A stretch of DNA of 64,000 bases. Source: Candidatus Bathyarchaeia archaeon (GTDB lineage Archaea > Thermoproteota > Bathyarchaeia > Bathyarchaeales > Bathycorpusculaceae). Made by a program: the position numbers and the translations under genes. The DNA lies in assembly GCA_049516875.1 (NCBI GenBank), contig JBEKSS010000002.1, forward strand, positions 199,336 through 263,335. The letters run 5' to 3'. Each line of letters starts with the position of its first letter. Positions within the stretch are counted from its first letter, which is position 1. Below, one piece after another: positions 1 to 8,705 of this stretch. Under the pieces are notes generated by a model. It saw nothing but the letters and a program-made list of their open reading frames with translations, was not told the origin of the DNA and did not search any database.

Positions 1-236
1 AGCGCGTGGCCATTGCCAGGGCCTTGGCCAACAACCCAAAGTTTTTGCTGATGGATGAACCCACGGGAAACATAGACTCCAAAGCAGCGAACGAGATAAT
101 CAGTCTCATCAGAACACTCAACGAAGAGAAGGGCGTGACGGTGATAATGGTGACGCACGACCAGCGGTTGGCAGGCCAATCAAAGAGGATTGTGCAGATG
201 TTCGACGGCTCGATAGTCCAAGAGGTCGTGAACTGA
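1..236 (+). CDS. ABC transporter ATP-binding protein (LolD/MacB-like), C-terminal part; begins before the window
   Basis: RVAIARALANNP-LLMDEPTGNID (Walker B/D-loop) and VIMVTHD (H-loop). Confidence 0.92.
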   Translation, partial: RVAIARALANNPKFLLMDEPTGNIDSKAANEIISLIRTLNEEKGVTVIMVTHDQRLAGQSKRIVQMFDGSIVQEVVN

Positions 237-237
237 C

Positions 238-1542
238 TTGAACCCCCGCGATGTGCTGTCCTACTCTTTCAGTGCGATAAGGCTAAGAAAACTTCGTGCG
301 GGCTTGACAACGCTGGGCGTCGTGATAGGCATTGCCGCCATCGTCGCGTTGCTTTCAATCACTCAGGGTTTGCAGGCCACTATCACCCATCAGCTTCAAA
401 CAGGATTTGCAACTAACACGCTAATCGTTTCCACGGGCGGAGGATTAGGAGGAGGCTTAGGTGCAGGCGCTTTGGGCGGAGCAGGAACTGCCAATTCCGG
501 CTTTCAACTGTACATCAACTACACGCAGACTATCGATAATATAACGAACGTCGAGACCTCGATGCCCATAATAGAAAGGGTAGGCGCAGTCGATTTCAAC
601 GGTCAAAGTCGAAACGTTACGATTGTGGGCGTGGATTTCGCTGAATACGCGAGCATTTACAGCAGCACCTTCGTGGCCGACAGCGGAACGATACCGTTGA
701 ACCCGCAAAGTGATGCGCTAGTAGTCGGGAAACTGGTCAGTGACCCCTGGAGCAATGGGACTTTGTTCTGCAGTGCGGGCGACGCAGTCACCGTCAGATG
801 GACTAACGCAACCGCGCTTCCGCCCAGAAATGAGACCTACACTGGCCATGTTGCCGCTGTTCTTAAAGAAATCGGAGGCTTCGGCGCTGTTGGACCGTCG
901 GATTATGATGTTTACGTCCCGATATCCAAGGCTGAAAGCTTCTTTGGAACCGACGTGTGCAATACGATAATCGTAAAACTCGCAAACGATGATAAAACCA
1001 CGGTTGACAACGCTACCGCAGCGTTGAAGGACGCTTTCAGTAACCAGGTTTCAGTCACATCAGCGACAGCGGTGCTCAACCTTCTGTCAAACGTTTTCTC
1101 GGTCGTACAGCTTTTCCTGACCGGAATTGCTGCCATCTCGTTGCTGGTTGCCGGCATAGGCATAATGAACATCATGATCGTCTCGTTGATGGAGCGCACA
1201 AGAGAAATAGGCATACTCAAAGCGTTGGGTATGAGAGGTCGAACCGTGCTCCTAGTCTTCCTGTGTGAGTCATTGATAATCGGCCTGATCGGCGCGGTAA
1301 TCGGCATAGCCTCAGGCTGGATCCTCGCAAACGTGGTTGCAATAGTCTTCCGCGGAGGAAGCTTGTTAACAGGAAACCAAGGCGCAGCCGCGACTGGTAG
1401 AATGACGATAACTCCTCTCTTAACTCCAACTGTGATGATACTCGCCCTGGTCTTCGGCGTAGGGGTCAGCATGGTCTTCGCGCTCTACCCAGCTTGGCGA
1501 GCGTCTAAACTCAAACCAGTAGAAGCCCTAAGATATGAGTAG
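238..1542 (+). CDS. ABC transporter permease, MacB/FtsX family
   Basis: LTTLGVVIGIAAIVALLS N-terminal TM, GIGIMNIMIVSLMERTREIGILKALG, C-terminal YPAWRASKLKPVEALRYE. Confidence 0.93.
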   Translation: MNPRDVLSYSFSAIRLRKLRAGLTTLGVVIGIAAIVALLSITQGLQATITHQLQTGFATNTLIVSTGGGLGGGLGAGALGGAGTANSGFQLYINYTQTIDNITNVETSMPIIERVGAVDFNGQSRNVTIVGVDFAEYASIYSSTFVADSGTIPLNPQSDALVVGKLVSDPWSNGTLFCSAGDAVTVRWTNATALPPRNETYTGHVAAVLKEIGGFGAVGPSDYDVYVPISKAESFFGTDVCNTIIVKLANDDKTTVDNATAALKDAFSNQVSVTSATAVLNLLSNVFSVVQLFLTGIAAISLLVAGIGIMNIMIVSLMERTREIGILKALGMRGRTVLLVFLCESLIIGLIGAVIGIASGWILANVVAIVFRGGSLLTGNQGAAATGRMTITPLLTPTVMILALVFGVGVSMVFALYPAWRASKLKPVEALRYE

Positions 1543-1570
1543 ACCAAACCTAAGGCTGAGGGGCTCCGCT

Positions 1571-2038
1571 ATGAGGAGACTCTATCCAAAACAGCCACTT
1601 GCCGGCGTCGGAGCCATCCTAGTCTGCTCTGGCAAGATTCTACTCGAAAAAAGAAAGAATGAGCCTGGAAAAGGGAAATGGAGTGTCCCAGGAGGCTTGA
1701 TAGAACTGGGCGAGAAGGCAGAGCAGACGGCGGCTAGAGAGGTCTTGGAGGAAACGGGCCTCGCAGTTGAGAAGCCCGAGCTCATGGACGTTGTCGACAA
1801 CGTAGACCTAGACGCGAAAGGAAAAGTGAGGTACCACTTCGTCATAATCGACTACTTCATGAAACTCAGAGGCGGAACACTGGAGGCTGCGAGTGACGCA
1901 GCAGAATTAAGATGGGTCAGACTGGACGAAGTGGAAAGCTACACGTTGACCGGGACTTTTCGAGAGTTTTTCCTGAGAAACTACGAAAAACTGAAGAAAC
2001 TCGACTCGTGCAAGCGCCAAACAAGTGACAAGAACTAG
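1571..2038 (+). CDS. NUDIX hydrolase
   Basis: Nudix box GGLIELGEKAEQTAAREVLEETGL; ATG at 1571 preferred over 1535. Confidence 0.9.
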   Translation: MRRLYPKQPLAGVGAILVCSGKILLEKRKNEPGKGKWSVPGGLIELGEKAEQTAAREVLEETGLAVEKPELMDVVDNVDLDAKGKVRYHFVIIDYFMKLRGGTLEAASDAAELRWVRLDEVESYTLTGTFREFFLRNYEKLKKLDSCKRQTSDKN

Positions 2039-2103
2039 ACGCGCGTCCTTCTGCTTATGTGCCTGCGCATTCAGAAATTAGAGAAAGGATTGAATTCATC
2101 CGT

Positions 2104-3570
2104 TTATTGATTCGTGATGGATGTGAAGAAGAGCCTCGTTTCACCCATCGTCTTCACATCTAAGGCTTTGATTTTGGCCACTATTGGAAAGTCTCTTACA
2201 ACTTTGCCCAACACGAGACAATGATGCGGGGGGAGGTCGCGGGCGATCGATCTTACTGTTTCGGCGTCCACACGGGCGGCTCGTGAAACCACGTCTAGGT
2301 CGTGTTCGTTTGTGAAGTTGAAGAGGAAGATGTTGTCGGCTTGTCGGTAGATGTTTTCGCGTATGGTGTCGGGCTGGTTGGTTATGAATGTGGTGAAGAT
2401 TCCGAAGTGACGCATGCGGGTTACGATGTCGTCCCAGTAGGTTTCGCGCAGGTAGAGGTGTGCTTCTTCGGCGAAGAGGAATATGGCCTTAAGCTTCGAG
2501 CTGCTCAAGGATTCAACGAGTTTGCCGAGAATGTACTCTACGACTATTTGTCTGTCGATGGATGAGGTGTTTCGAAGGTTCATTATTATGGCGCCGCCGT
2601 GCTCTCCAGTTTTAAGCAGGTACTCTTCCAGTGATGTGGCTTCGACGATGTTGTCTGTGAAAACTCCTGAGTTGACTAGGGAGTGGTAGCGCGAGAACAG
2701 GGCGTCGCGGACGTGTTGGTTGCAGTTCCAGTTGCGGATTGTTTCGCCAAGCTCGTGTAGTGTGAGGCTGTCTCTCTCTTTGAGTGCTTGCCATATTCGT
2801 CTGAACTCGCGGGCGGACGTTCCTGGCAAGTGGAGGGCGTGTATGAGAATTCCTAACATCACGTGCAGGTTCAACTGTTTGAGGGCTAGTTTGAAGTTTT
2901 GAGAAGGCGTCAAAACATGAATCTTGTCGTAGTTTGCGTTTCTTTTTCCGTCACTTGTAAGTCCCAGGCTCAGGTATTCCCCGTTGAGGTCGAAAACCAC
3001 GACGGTGGCCTTGTACCCGACTAGGTTTACCATTAGAAGCTTGGACAGGTGAGACTTGCCTGTTTCCTTCTTTCCAGTTATTATGTTCAGTCTACCGTCA
3101 AGCGACGTGGCGTCTATCGTTAGTAGCGACGAGTCTTTTGTTCCGCCTATCACGATTGGGAGTTTGCCGTCGATTTTGGCGAGTTTCAGCAGAGTTGGAA
3201 GCGGAAGCTTTTTTATTGTCGACTGGGAACGTGAAGGAAGCCAGGAGCTGCTTGGGTTTAAGCCGTCATTTTCGGCTGTTGCACGGATTTTGCAGATGAG
3301 TAGACTTGCGTCCTGAATGTACGCGATGTGTGGAGCAATTTCCAAGGGGTCAACGTCTTCGCCCTTGATTAGTTCTCCCCCGTCTGGGAGGCTTCGAAGC
3401 AGCTCTTCAAGCACGCCGGGAATGCTGGCAAACTGCACATCAATAACTTGGACGATGAGAGCTCTTGCAGCATCGGCGTCTTCGACGAGCAGATAGTCGC
3501 CCTTCTCAGCTGTCTCACCGGGGAAGCTTAAGATCTGAAGGATGTTGCCCTCTTTTCTGTAGAGTTTCAT
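2104..3570 (-). CDS. herA: HerA-like (DUF87) ATPase/translocase
   Basis: N-terminal HAS-barrel-like region, Walker A GKKETGKS, VFDLNGEY, Walker B FLFAEEAH, RMRHFG...ITNQP; 4-bp overlap with nurA. Confidence 0.85.
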   Translation of the reverse strand: MKLYRKEGNILQILSFPGETAEKGDYLLVEDADAARALIVQVIDVQFASIPGVLEELLRSLPDGGELIKGEDVDPLEIAPHIAYIQDASLLICKIRATAENDGLNPSSSWLPSRSQSTIKKLPLPTLLKLAKIDGKLPIVIGGTKDSSLLTIDATSLDGRLNIITGKKETGKSHLSKLLMVNLVGYKATVVVFDLNGEYLSLGLTSDGKRNANYDKIHVLTPSQNFKLALKQLNLHVMLGILIHALHLPGTSAREFRRIWQALKERDSLTLHELGETIRNWNCNQHVRDALFSRYHSLVNSGVFTDNIVEATSLEEYLLKTGEHGGAIIMNLRNTSSIDRQIVVEYILGKLVESLSSSKLKAIFLFAEEAHLYLRETYWDDIVTRMRHFGIFTTFITNQPDTIRENIYRQADNIFLFNFTNEHDLDVVSRAARVDAETVRSIARDLPPHHCLVLGKVVRDFPIVAKIKALDVKTMGETRLFFTSITNQ

Positions 3571-4652
3571 GAGTAGCTCTCTCCCTTGCCGAACAGTCCG
3601 AACAGAAGCCTATGCATGTCTGGCCTGTTGATGATTTGAAGCCCGAATCGCCGCGTGACAAAATGCTGCATCGCCAGCACTTCGTTGGCTGTGAACGTGC
3701 ACAGAATGTGAGCTAGGCGCAAGGTTTCAGGATAGCTTTCCGCGAACAGGTCGTTTCCCAAGAGTTTTTCAACGGCCTCAATCCTTGTTTCAGGTGGAAC
3801 CTCCTTGTCAATGTCCAGTCTGAAGGCAAGGTTTCCCTTGGTTAGTCTGGCTACGTAGACGTCGCCGAGCAGAACCATGGGGGGTTTGAGCTTCAAGCCT
3901 TCTGTCTCAAGCAGGTAGGGAGGCTTATGCTCCGGCAGCAAGTCTGTTATGAGGTGTCCGTTAACCCTTAGGTTTGTCATTTTTGAGAAAGCCAGAACGA
4001 CGCTGTCTCGTTTTCTTGCTGTCTCAAGAATTTCTTTCATGCGATGCGTGGGGGTTTCAGCGGTTCCTGCGGTCAACGACCCGTCGAAGAGTATTAGTCC
4101 GTTGTTCATGGTTTTCGCCGCCATCGTTTGAAGCCAACGTTCGAGAATGCTTGCTATTCGTGTGGGCATCTGAAGAAGGCTTGGCGCACCTTGGTGGCTG
4201 TGCTCGTGCAGAGAACTGAAATACGTTCTTTCCAACGTTTCGTAGACTTGCTTTTTGTTTTCCTCGGTGACGTGAAATATGAATGGTCCGAACCGCATGT
4301 ACCTGTAGCGTCTGTTTTGTTTCCAAACGTTTGCGCCTCTGACGGCTATCACGATGCCTGTGCTCGTTTCACCAATCTTTATAGTTGAGGTGTCTACTGC
4401 CACGACGATCTTTTCCTCGCGTAATGGTCTCAGAAGCAACGGTTCAAGTCTAAGCCTTAGTGCTTGTTCATGTACATCCATACTGCCAAATTGTTGAACG
4501 ATTTGTTGATTTAGTTGAAAAGCCTGAACGGGCGCATTTTTGAGCGAGTGCAGGCTTAGTTCGATGAATTGGCGGGGTAACGTTGTGTCCATGCCAGATT
4601 GTGGAAAGTTATATTTTGGTGTTGTTGCAATAGGGTATTGTTCAATCACCAA
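3567..4652 (-). CDS. nurA: NurA-family nuclease
   Basis: VAVDTS, LILFDGSL, LAFSK and SYPETLRLAH motifs typical of NurA; translationally coupled to herA. Confidence 0.8.
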   Translation of the reverse strand: MVIEQYPIATTPKYNFPQSGMDTTLPRQFIELSLHSLKNAPVQAFQLNQQIVQQFGSMDVHEQALRLRLEPLLLRPLREEKIVVAVDTSTIKIGETSTGIVIAVRGANVWKQNRRYRYMRFGPFIFHVTEENKKQVYETLERTYFSSLHEHSHQGAPSLLQMPTRIASILERWLQTMAAKTMNNGLILFDGSLTAGTAETPTHRMKEILETARKRDSVVLAFSKMTNLRVNGHLITDLLPEHKPPYLLETEGLKLKPPMVLLGDVYVARLTKGNLAFRLDIDKEVPPETRIEAVEKLLGNDLFAESYPETLRLAHILCTFTANEVLAMQHFVTRRFGLQIINRPDMHRLLFGLFGKGESYS

Positions 4653-4742
4653 GATTCACCAATAGCCAATTGTTTGAGGAAGGTATATTTAAGTGTTGTG
4701 CATGAACAAGATGCACAATACAATAAACAACAAGGTGACAAA

Positions 4743-5144
4743 TTGGCAGAGAAGGAAACAAAGCCGCCGATACGAGTAAAAATGAAGATAGGAGCAGTCG
4801 AATTCGAGATCGAATGTCAAGAAGACCAACTGCAGTCGACAGTCGACAAAATCTTGTCCACAGTAACAGAAAAACTAAAAGAAACACCCCTGATGATGGA
4901 AAGAACTGCACAACCACGGAGAACAGAAACCTGCAAGGGCATAATACAGAAGCTGTGGGAAGAAGGCTGGTTCTCCACCGCAAAAGGCCTAAGCGAAGTT
5001 CACAGCGAACTGGCAAGACGCGGATTCCACTATGACCGGACCGCCGTCGCCCATGCTCTTATAGACCTAGTGAAAGATGGAATACTGACAAGGGAAGGAA
5101 AACCACGCAGGTATCAATACGCCCAGAAAAGGCCGCCTCCATAA
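4743..5144 (+). CDS. Hypothetical winged-helix DNA-binding protein (family A)
   Basis: TTG start after AAGGTGA SD; N-terminal RVKMKIGAVEFEIEC segment; C-terminal wHTH-like GWFSTAKGLSEVHSEL...ALIDLVKDGILTR...YQY. Confidence 0.7.
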   Translation: MAEKETKPPIRVKMKIGAVEFEIECQEDQLQSTVDKILSTVTEKLKETPLMMERTAQPRRTETCKGIIQKLWEEGWFSTAKGLSEVHSELARRGFHYDRTAVAHALIDLVKDGILTREGKPRRYQYAQKRPPP

Positions 5145-5213
5145 CTTGCTCCATCCGTGAAGTTTTTCAGAGGCGTGGTCCATAATCTTCATTGTTAAGA
5201 ACAGATTCCACAA

Positions 5214-6056
5214 GTGGTAATCATGGACGCAGGCGAACGCGCCATAAGGGCAGTGACCTTTGATCTTTGGGAAACCTTGCTTTTCGAAAGCGACGGTGCC
5301 AGCGCACGAAGAGCAGATGCCCGATGCAGGAACCTTGCACAAGCACTGAACAGTCTTGGCGTTCAAGTATCCCTTGAAGAAATGTCTGCCGCCGTCAGCG
5401 AAACGGTCTCATCGTTGATAACCATCTGGGGCAACAACAGAGATGTTGCCTACATCGACCAGATTCGACTCATCATCAAAAAAGCGACAAGACACTCACT
5501 GGAACTAAAGCAGGAATGGACAAACGAACTAATTCCAGCCTACACCTCAAACGTCCTAGAGGTCCCACCTTACCTGAACCCAGAAGCTCGAAAAGCCCTG
5601 AAAGGCTTAAAGAAGCGCAACAAGCTCATCGGGCTAATATGCAACACTGGATTGACTCCTGGAATTGGGTTGCGCAAGTTTTTGGCTAATGAAAGTGTGA
5701 GTAGATATTTCGACTTGATGATCTTTTCGGAGGAAATAGGCATCCGCAAACCCGACCCTAGGATATTCCACCTGGCTGCACAGAGATTAGGCGTGCAACC
5801 ATGCGAAATCGTTCATGTAGGCGACAACCTGAAAGCCGATGTTTTGGGGGCCAAAAACGCAGGGCTGAAAGCTATACACTTCTCAAGCTTGGAAGGACGA
5901 GACAAAATAGCCGAATCTGACCCTAACTCGCTTGTTTCACACTCGCGAAAACTCGACAAACTGGAAGGCTGCAAAATAGTTCCAGACGTGGAAATATCCT
6001 CTCTTTCCATGCTCATGAAGGCAATAGAAGGACTGGAGAGGGCTTCGCCGGGGTAA
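5214..6056 (+). CDS. HAD-superfamily hydrolase
   Basis: FDLWETL (motif I), ICNTG, KPDPRIF, HVGDNLKADVLGAKNAG. Confidence 0.9.
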   Translation: MVIMDAGERAIRAVTFDLWETLLFESDGASARRADARCRNLAQALNSLGVQVSLEEMSAAVSETVSSLITIWGNNRDVAYIDQIRLIIKKATRHSLELKQEWTNELIPAYTSNVLEVPPYLNPEARKALKGLKKRNKLIGLICNTGLTPGIGLRKFLANESVSRYFDLMIFSEEIGIRKPDPRIFHLAAQRLGVQPCEIVHVGDNLKADVLGAKNAGLKAIHFSSLEGRDKIAESDPNSLVSHSRKLDKLEGCKIVPDVEISSLSMLMKAIEGLERASPG

Positions 6057-6094
6057 ACAGTTCAAGAACGCTTGAAATGCGTCAAAAATGAAAC

Positions 6095-6691
6095 CTAATT
6101 GCCCATTTTCGCTCTGATCTTTGGAATAAGGTCCTTCTGCATCTGCATGAGACCGAAGGTTGTAATCCTGTATTTTTCGTCAACGGTTTTCGCTGCTATC
6201 TCGTTCTTGACAAGTTCCCCCAGCCGGGTGCTCGCAATCTTCGCGTCTTTGCCAAGCCTGCCCTGCAGCTCCTCCTTCGAAACCGCTTCCGTTTCAACAT
6301 TGCCCAACTGATGACCAACATAACCCGCCAAGAGCAGCAGGCTTAGTGTCTCGTTATCCGTCAGCTTACTCCTCGGAACAAGCAAGCATGGCCCTTCCTT
6401 CGCAAAAGCGATAATGCCTTCACAGTCCTTGGCCAGCTTTTGTAAGTCAACATTCAACATCAACCTTTGTGCCACTTCAAAAGACGGCAAGAACTCACTG
6501 AAAAACCCGTTCAAGCTCAACCAAACCGACTCCACGCTTCCAGAAAACGTCTTCTCAACACCCTTATACCTAACCTGCACAGTCAACCCCTCCTCATCTC
6601 CACCCCTCCGACTCTCAGAAGTCCCACCTGCAGACGCAGCACACTCTCCATCCAACACCCATTCCACCCTGCCAACTCTGTTTAACGACAA
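6095..6691 (-). CDS. Hypothetical winged-helix protein (family B); start uncertain
   Basis: Paralog of 6904-7377 (EGII/GIV...EGP...LT.xE...RL.E..K...R.T..G...KMG). Confidence 0.65.
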   Translation of the reverse strand: MSLNRVGRVEWVLDGECAASAGGTSESRRGGDEEGLTVQVRYKGVEKTFSGSVESVWLSLNGFFSEFLPSFEVAQRLMLNVDLQKLAKDCEGIIAFAKEGPCLLVPRSKLTDNETLSLLLLAGYVGHQLGNVETEAVSKEELQGRLGKDAKIASTRLGELVKNEIAAKTVDEKYRITTFGLMQMQKDLIPKIRAKMGN

Positions 6692-6816
6692 TGCTTAAAA
6701 AACATTACCAAACGTCCCGGACAAGACGATTCAAATCAAACCCACATGAAACACAAGCAAAACCAGACTACCGCCCCGGCAACCGCACGCTCCAAGGCCC
6801 GCAAAAGGGCTCAAGC

Positions 6817-6885
6817 CCATCAAAATTGAGTCTCAAAAAAATCACGGATTGAGTACTCAAACACAAGGGCTCAAACGCCAACATG
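6817..6885 (+). repeat. Dispersed intergenic palindromic repeat, copy A
   Basis: CCATCAAAATTGAGTCTCAAAAAAATCACGGATTGAGTACTCAAACACAAGGGCTCAAACGCCAACATG is nearly identical to 40895-40963. Confidence 0.85.
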
Positions 6886-6903
6886 CACGCTTGCTAAAGC
6901 TTT

Positions 6904-7377
6904 TCACTGACCCATTTTTCCTCTACACTTGGCTAGAACGTTGCCTTCAACCCATCTTTCGCCCTGCATGGTGAGCCTGAACTCCGGCCTGTTGGGATCC
7001 GGCTTGAACACTTGACCCCTCTTGGTCATCTCGTTCAGTCTTGCGGGAACCATACACTTTATCCCGCTTGACTCCAGAAGCTTCGTAATCTGCGCCGCCG
7101 TACTCTTCCTCTCCTCTGAAGCGTACAACGTCAACCCTATCGCTTCATAATGAGTCAGGTTCTCACGCGCAATGATAACAGGGCCTTCGGTCGTGGACTC
7201 AACGATGCCTTTGAGCTGAACCCCCGAAGGCATCAGACGGTCCGAAACGAAACCTCCAACCTTCTCCACAAAACCCTCCGGGAAAGCCTCGAGAATCTTC
7301 AAGACTTCCTGAGGGTTCTCAGCCTCAACCACGATTTCGCCAAAAGGCGTCTTAACACGCACTTCAACCCTACTCAT
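6904..7377 (-). CDS. Hypothetical winged-helix protein (family B)
   Basis: VEVRVKTPFGEIVVEA N-terminus; C-terminal wHTH-like ARLNEMTKRGQV...FRLTMQGERWVE. Confidence 0.7.
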   Translation of the reverse strand: MSRVEVRVKTPFGEIVVEAENPQEVLKILEAFPEGFVEKVGGFVSDRLMPSGVQLKGIVESTTEGPVIIARENLTHYEAIGLTLYASEERKSTAAQITKLLESSGIKCMVPARLNEMTKRGQVFKPDPNRPEFRLTMQGERWVEGNVLAKCRGKMGQ

Positions 7378-7873
7378 TTGCGTCTCTCCTCAGGCCAAAA
7401 GCTTCTTTCTCGGCTAAAATGTAAACGTAGCCGGCATCGGTGTTCCACCGCCTAATCTTCTCTTGCTTAACCAGATCCAGTAGAACTGGGGCAAGCATCC
7501 GCGCCGGATACTCCAACCCGTTAGCCTTCAACGCACCCCTCAACTCCTCGAGAGTGCGTGGACGCCACTTCCCCCAATCAGTCTCAAGAAGCCTCAAAAC
7601 CGCCTCATCACAAGTTTGACAAGGCGAAATCCTGGGATATTTCTCGGAAGCAGCCCTCTCATCCCTCGCCGATTCCGTCTTAACCGTAAGCGTCGCCACC
7701 CTCTTAGGCCTCACACCGTCAAAGGCCCTGTGAACATTACCAATCAAGCTGGACAAATCCTCAATCGTCTTCAAAACCTCATCCCGAGTACCACCGACTT
7801 CAACCTCGTACTCGCCCAGCCTCACCCGAAAAACGAAACTCCTGTCCACTCCTCCCCCCTTTTTCGCTCCCAA
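7370..7873 (-). CDS. Hypothetical winged-helix protein (family A)
   Basis: FRVRLGEYEVEVGGTRDEV N-terminus; TCDEAVLRLLETDW...RTLEELRGAL...LLDLVKQEKI...YVY, paralogous to 4743-5144; overlaps next gene. Confidence 0.7.
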   Translation of the reverse strand: MGAKKGGGVDRSFVFRVRLGEYEVEVGGTRDEVLKTIEDLSSLIGNVHRAFDGVRPKRVATLTVKTESARDERAASEKYPRISPCQTCDEAVLRLLETDWGKWRPRTLEELRGALKANGLEYPARMLAPVLLDLVKQEKIRRWNTDAGYVYILAEKEAFGLRRDANE

Positions 7874-7922
7874 ACTAATCCCACAGATAACAAAGAGCTA
7901 ACCCCTTTTAGCATTTACGTGT

Positions 7923-7938
7923 TTCGATATATATCGAA
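7923..7938. promoter_or_regulatory. Perfect 16-bp palindrome in a divergent promoter region (candidate operator)
   Basis: TTCGATATATATCGAA between 7873(-) and 8008(+). Confidence 0.5.
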
Positions 7939-8007
7939 TTTGGGAATATCGTATTAAATGTCACGATATCATATTTACTATTCACGCAAACTTCTGGAAA
8001 ATAGGGG

Positions 8008-8640
8008 ATGTACTTGGCTAAGAAAGGGCTTTGCGTGTGGCTCTTCAGCTCCCTAACATTCATATCACTGGTTCACTTGACAGAAGCAATATCAGTTCTC
8101 TTCTTCAACAGCCAGACGCATCTACTCCAACTCTACCCGTTCATCGGCGAGAAACTTCAGTCCATATCGCCAACAACATACTTCCTAGCCAGTGCGGCTT
8201 CAACCCTAGTCTTCTGGGGAATAACCTGTGCAGTAGCCTTTGACAGTCCGGTTGAACAGTTCTTGAACAGAATACTCTCAGACGCCAAAAAACAAAGCGC
8301 TGTGGAGGCACAGATGGTGGCTGACAAAACAGAAGTGCTTGATGCAATGTACGAAACAGTCGAGGCAAGCAACGAAACTCTATCACACGTTGTGGACATA
8401 GTGTGTAACGTAAGGACAGAAGTCAAAGGCATCCAACCGTTGACACTGACTGTGGAGAATATCAAAACAGAGCTAGGCAATTTGAAGAAAGAAGTCAAGA
8501 GAATCGAAGAAAAAGGAAAGCTCCCACTTCTATGCGCAACATGTGGGAAACCACTGTCGCCAGATTTCAAGCTCTGCCCATTCTGCGGCGAAAGCATGAG
8601 GCTACCAAATGAAATCGTAGCAGCAAGAGCATACAGGTAA
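8008..8640 (+). CDS. Membrane-anchored coiled-coil protein with C-terminal zinc ribbon
   Basis: Two N-terminal hydrophobic segments, heptad-rich middle, CATCGK...FKLCPFCG. Confidence 0.75.
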   Translation: MYLAKKGLCVWLFSSLTFISLVHLTEAISVLFFNSQTHLLQLYPFIGEKLQSISPTTYFLASAASTLVFWGITCAVAFDSPVEQFLNRILSDAKKQSAVEAQMVADKTEVLDAMYETVEASNETLSHVVDIVCNVRTEVKGIQPLTLTVENIKTELGNLKKEVKRIEEKGKLPLLCATCGKPLSPDFKLCPFCGESMRLPNEIVAARAYR

Positions 8641-8705
8641 GCCGGTCACTCTCGGCTTCAATCAGCTCTCCCTTGACGTCAACGTTCTGGAGCGTACCTC
8701 TATTC

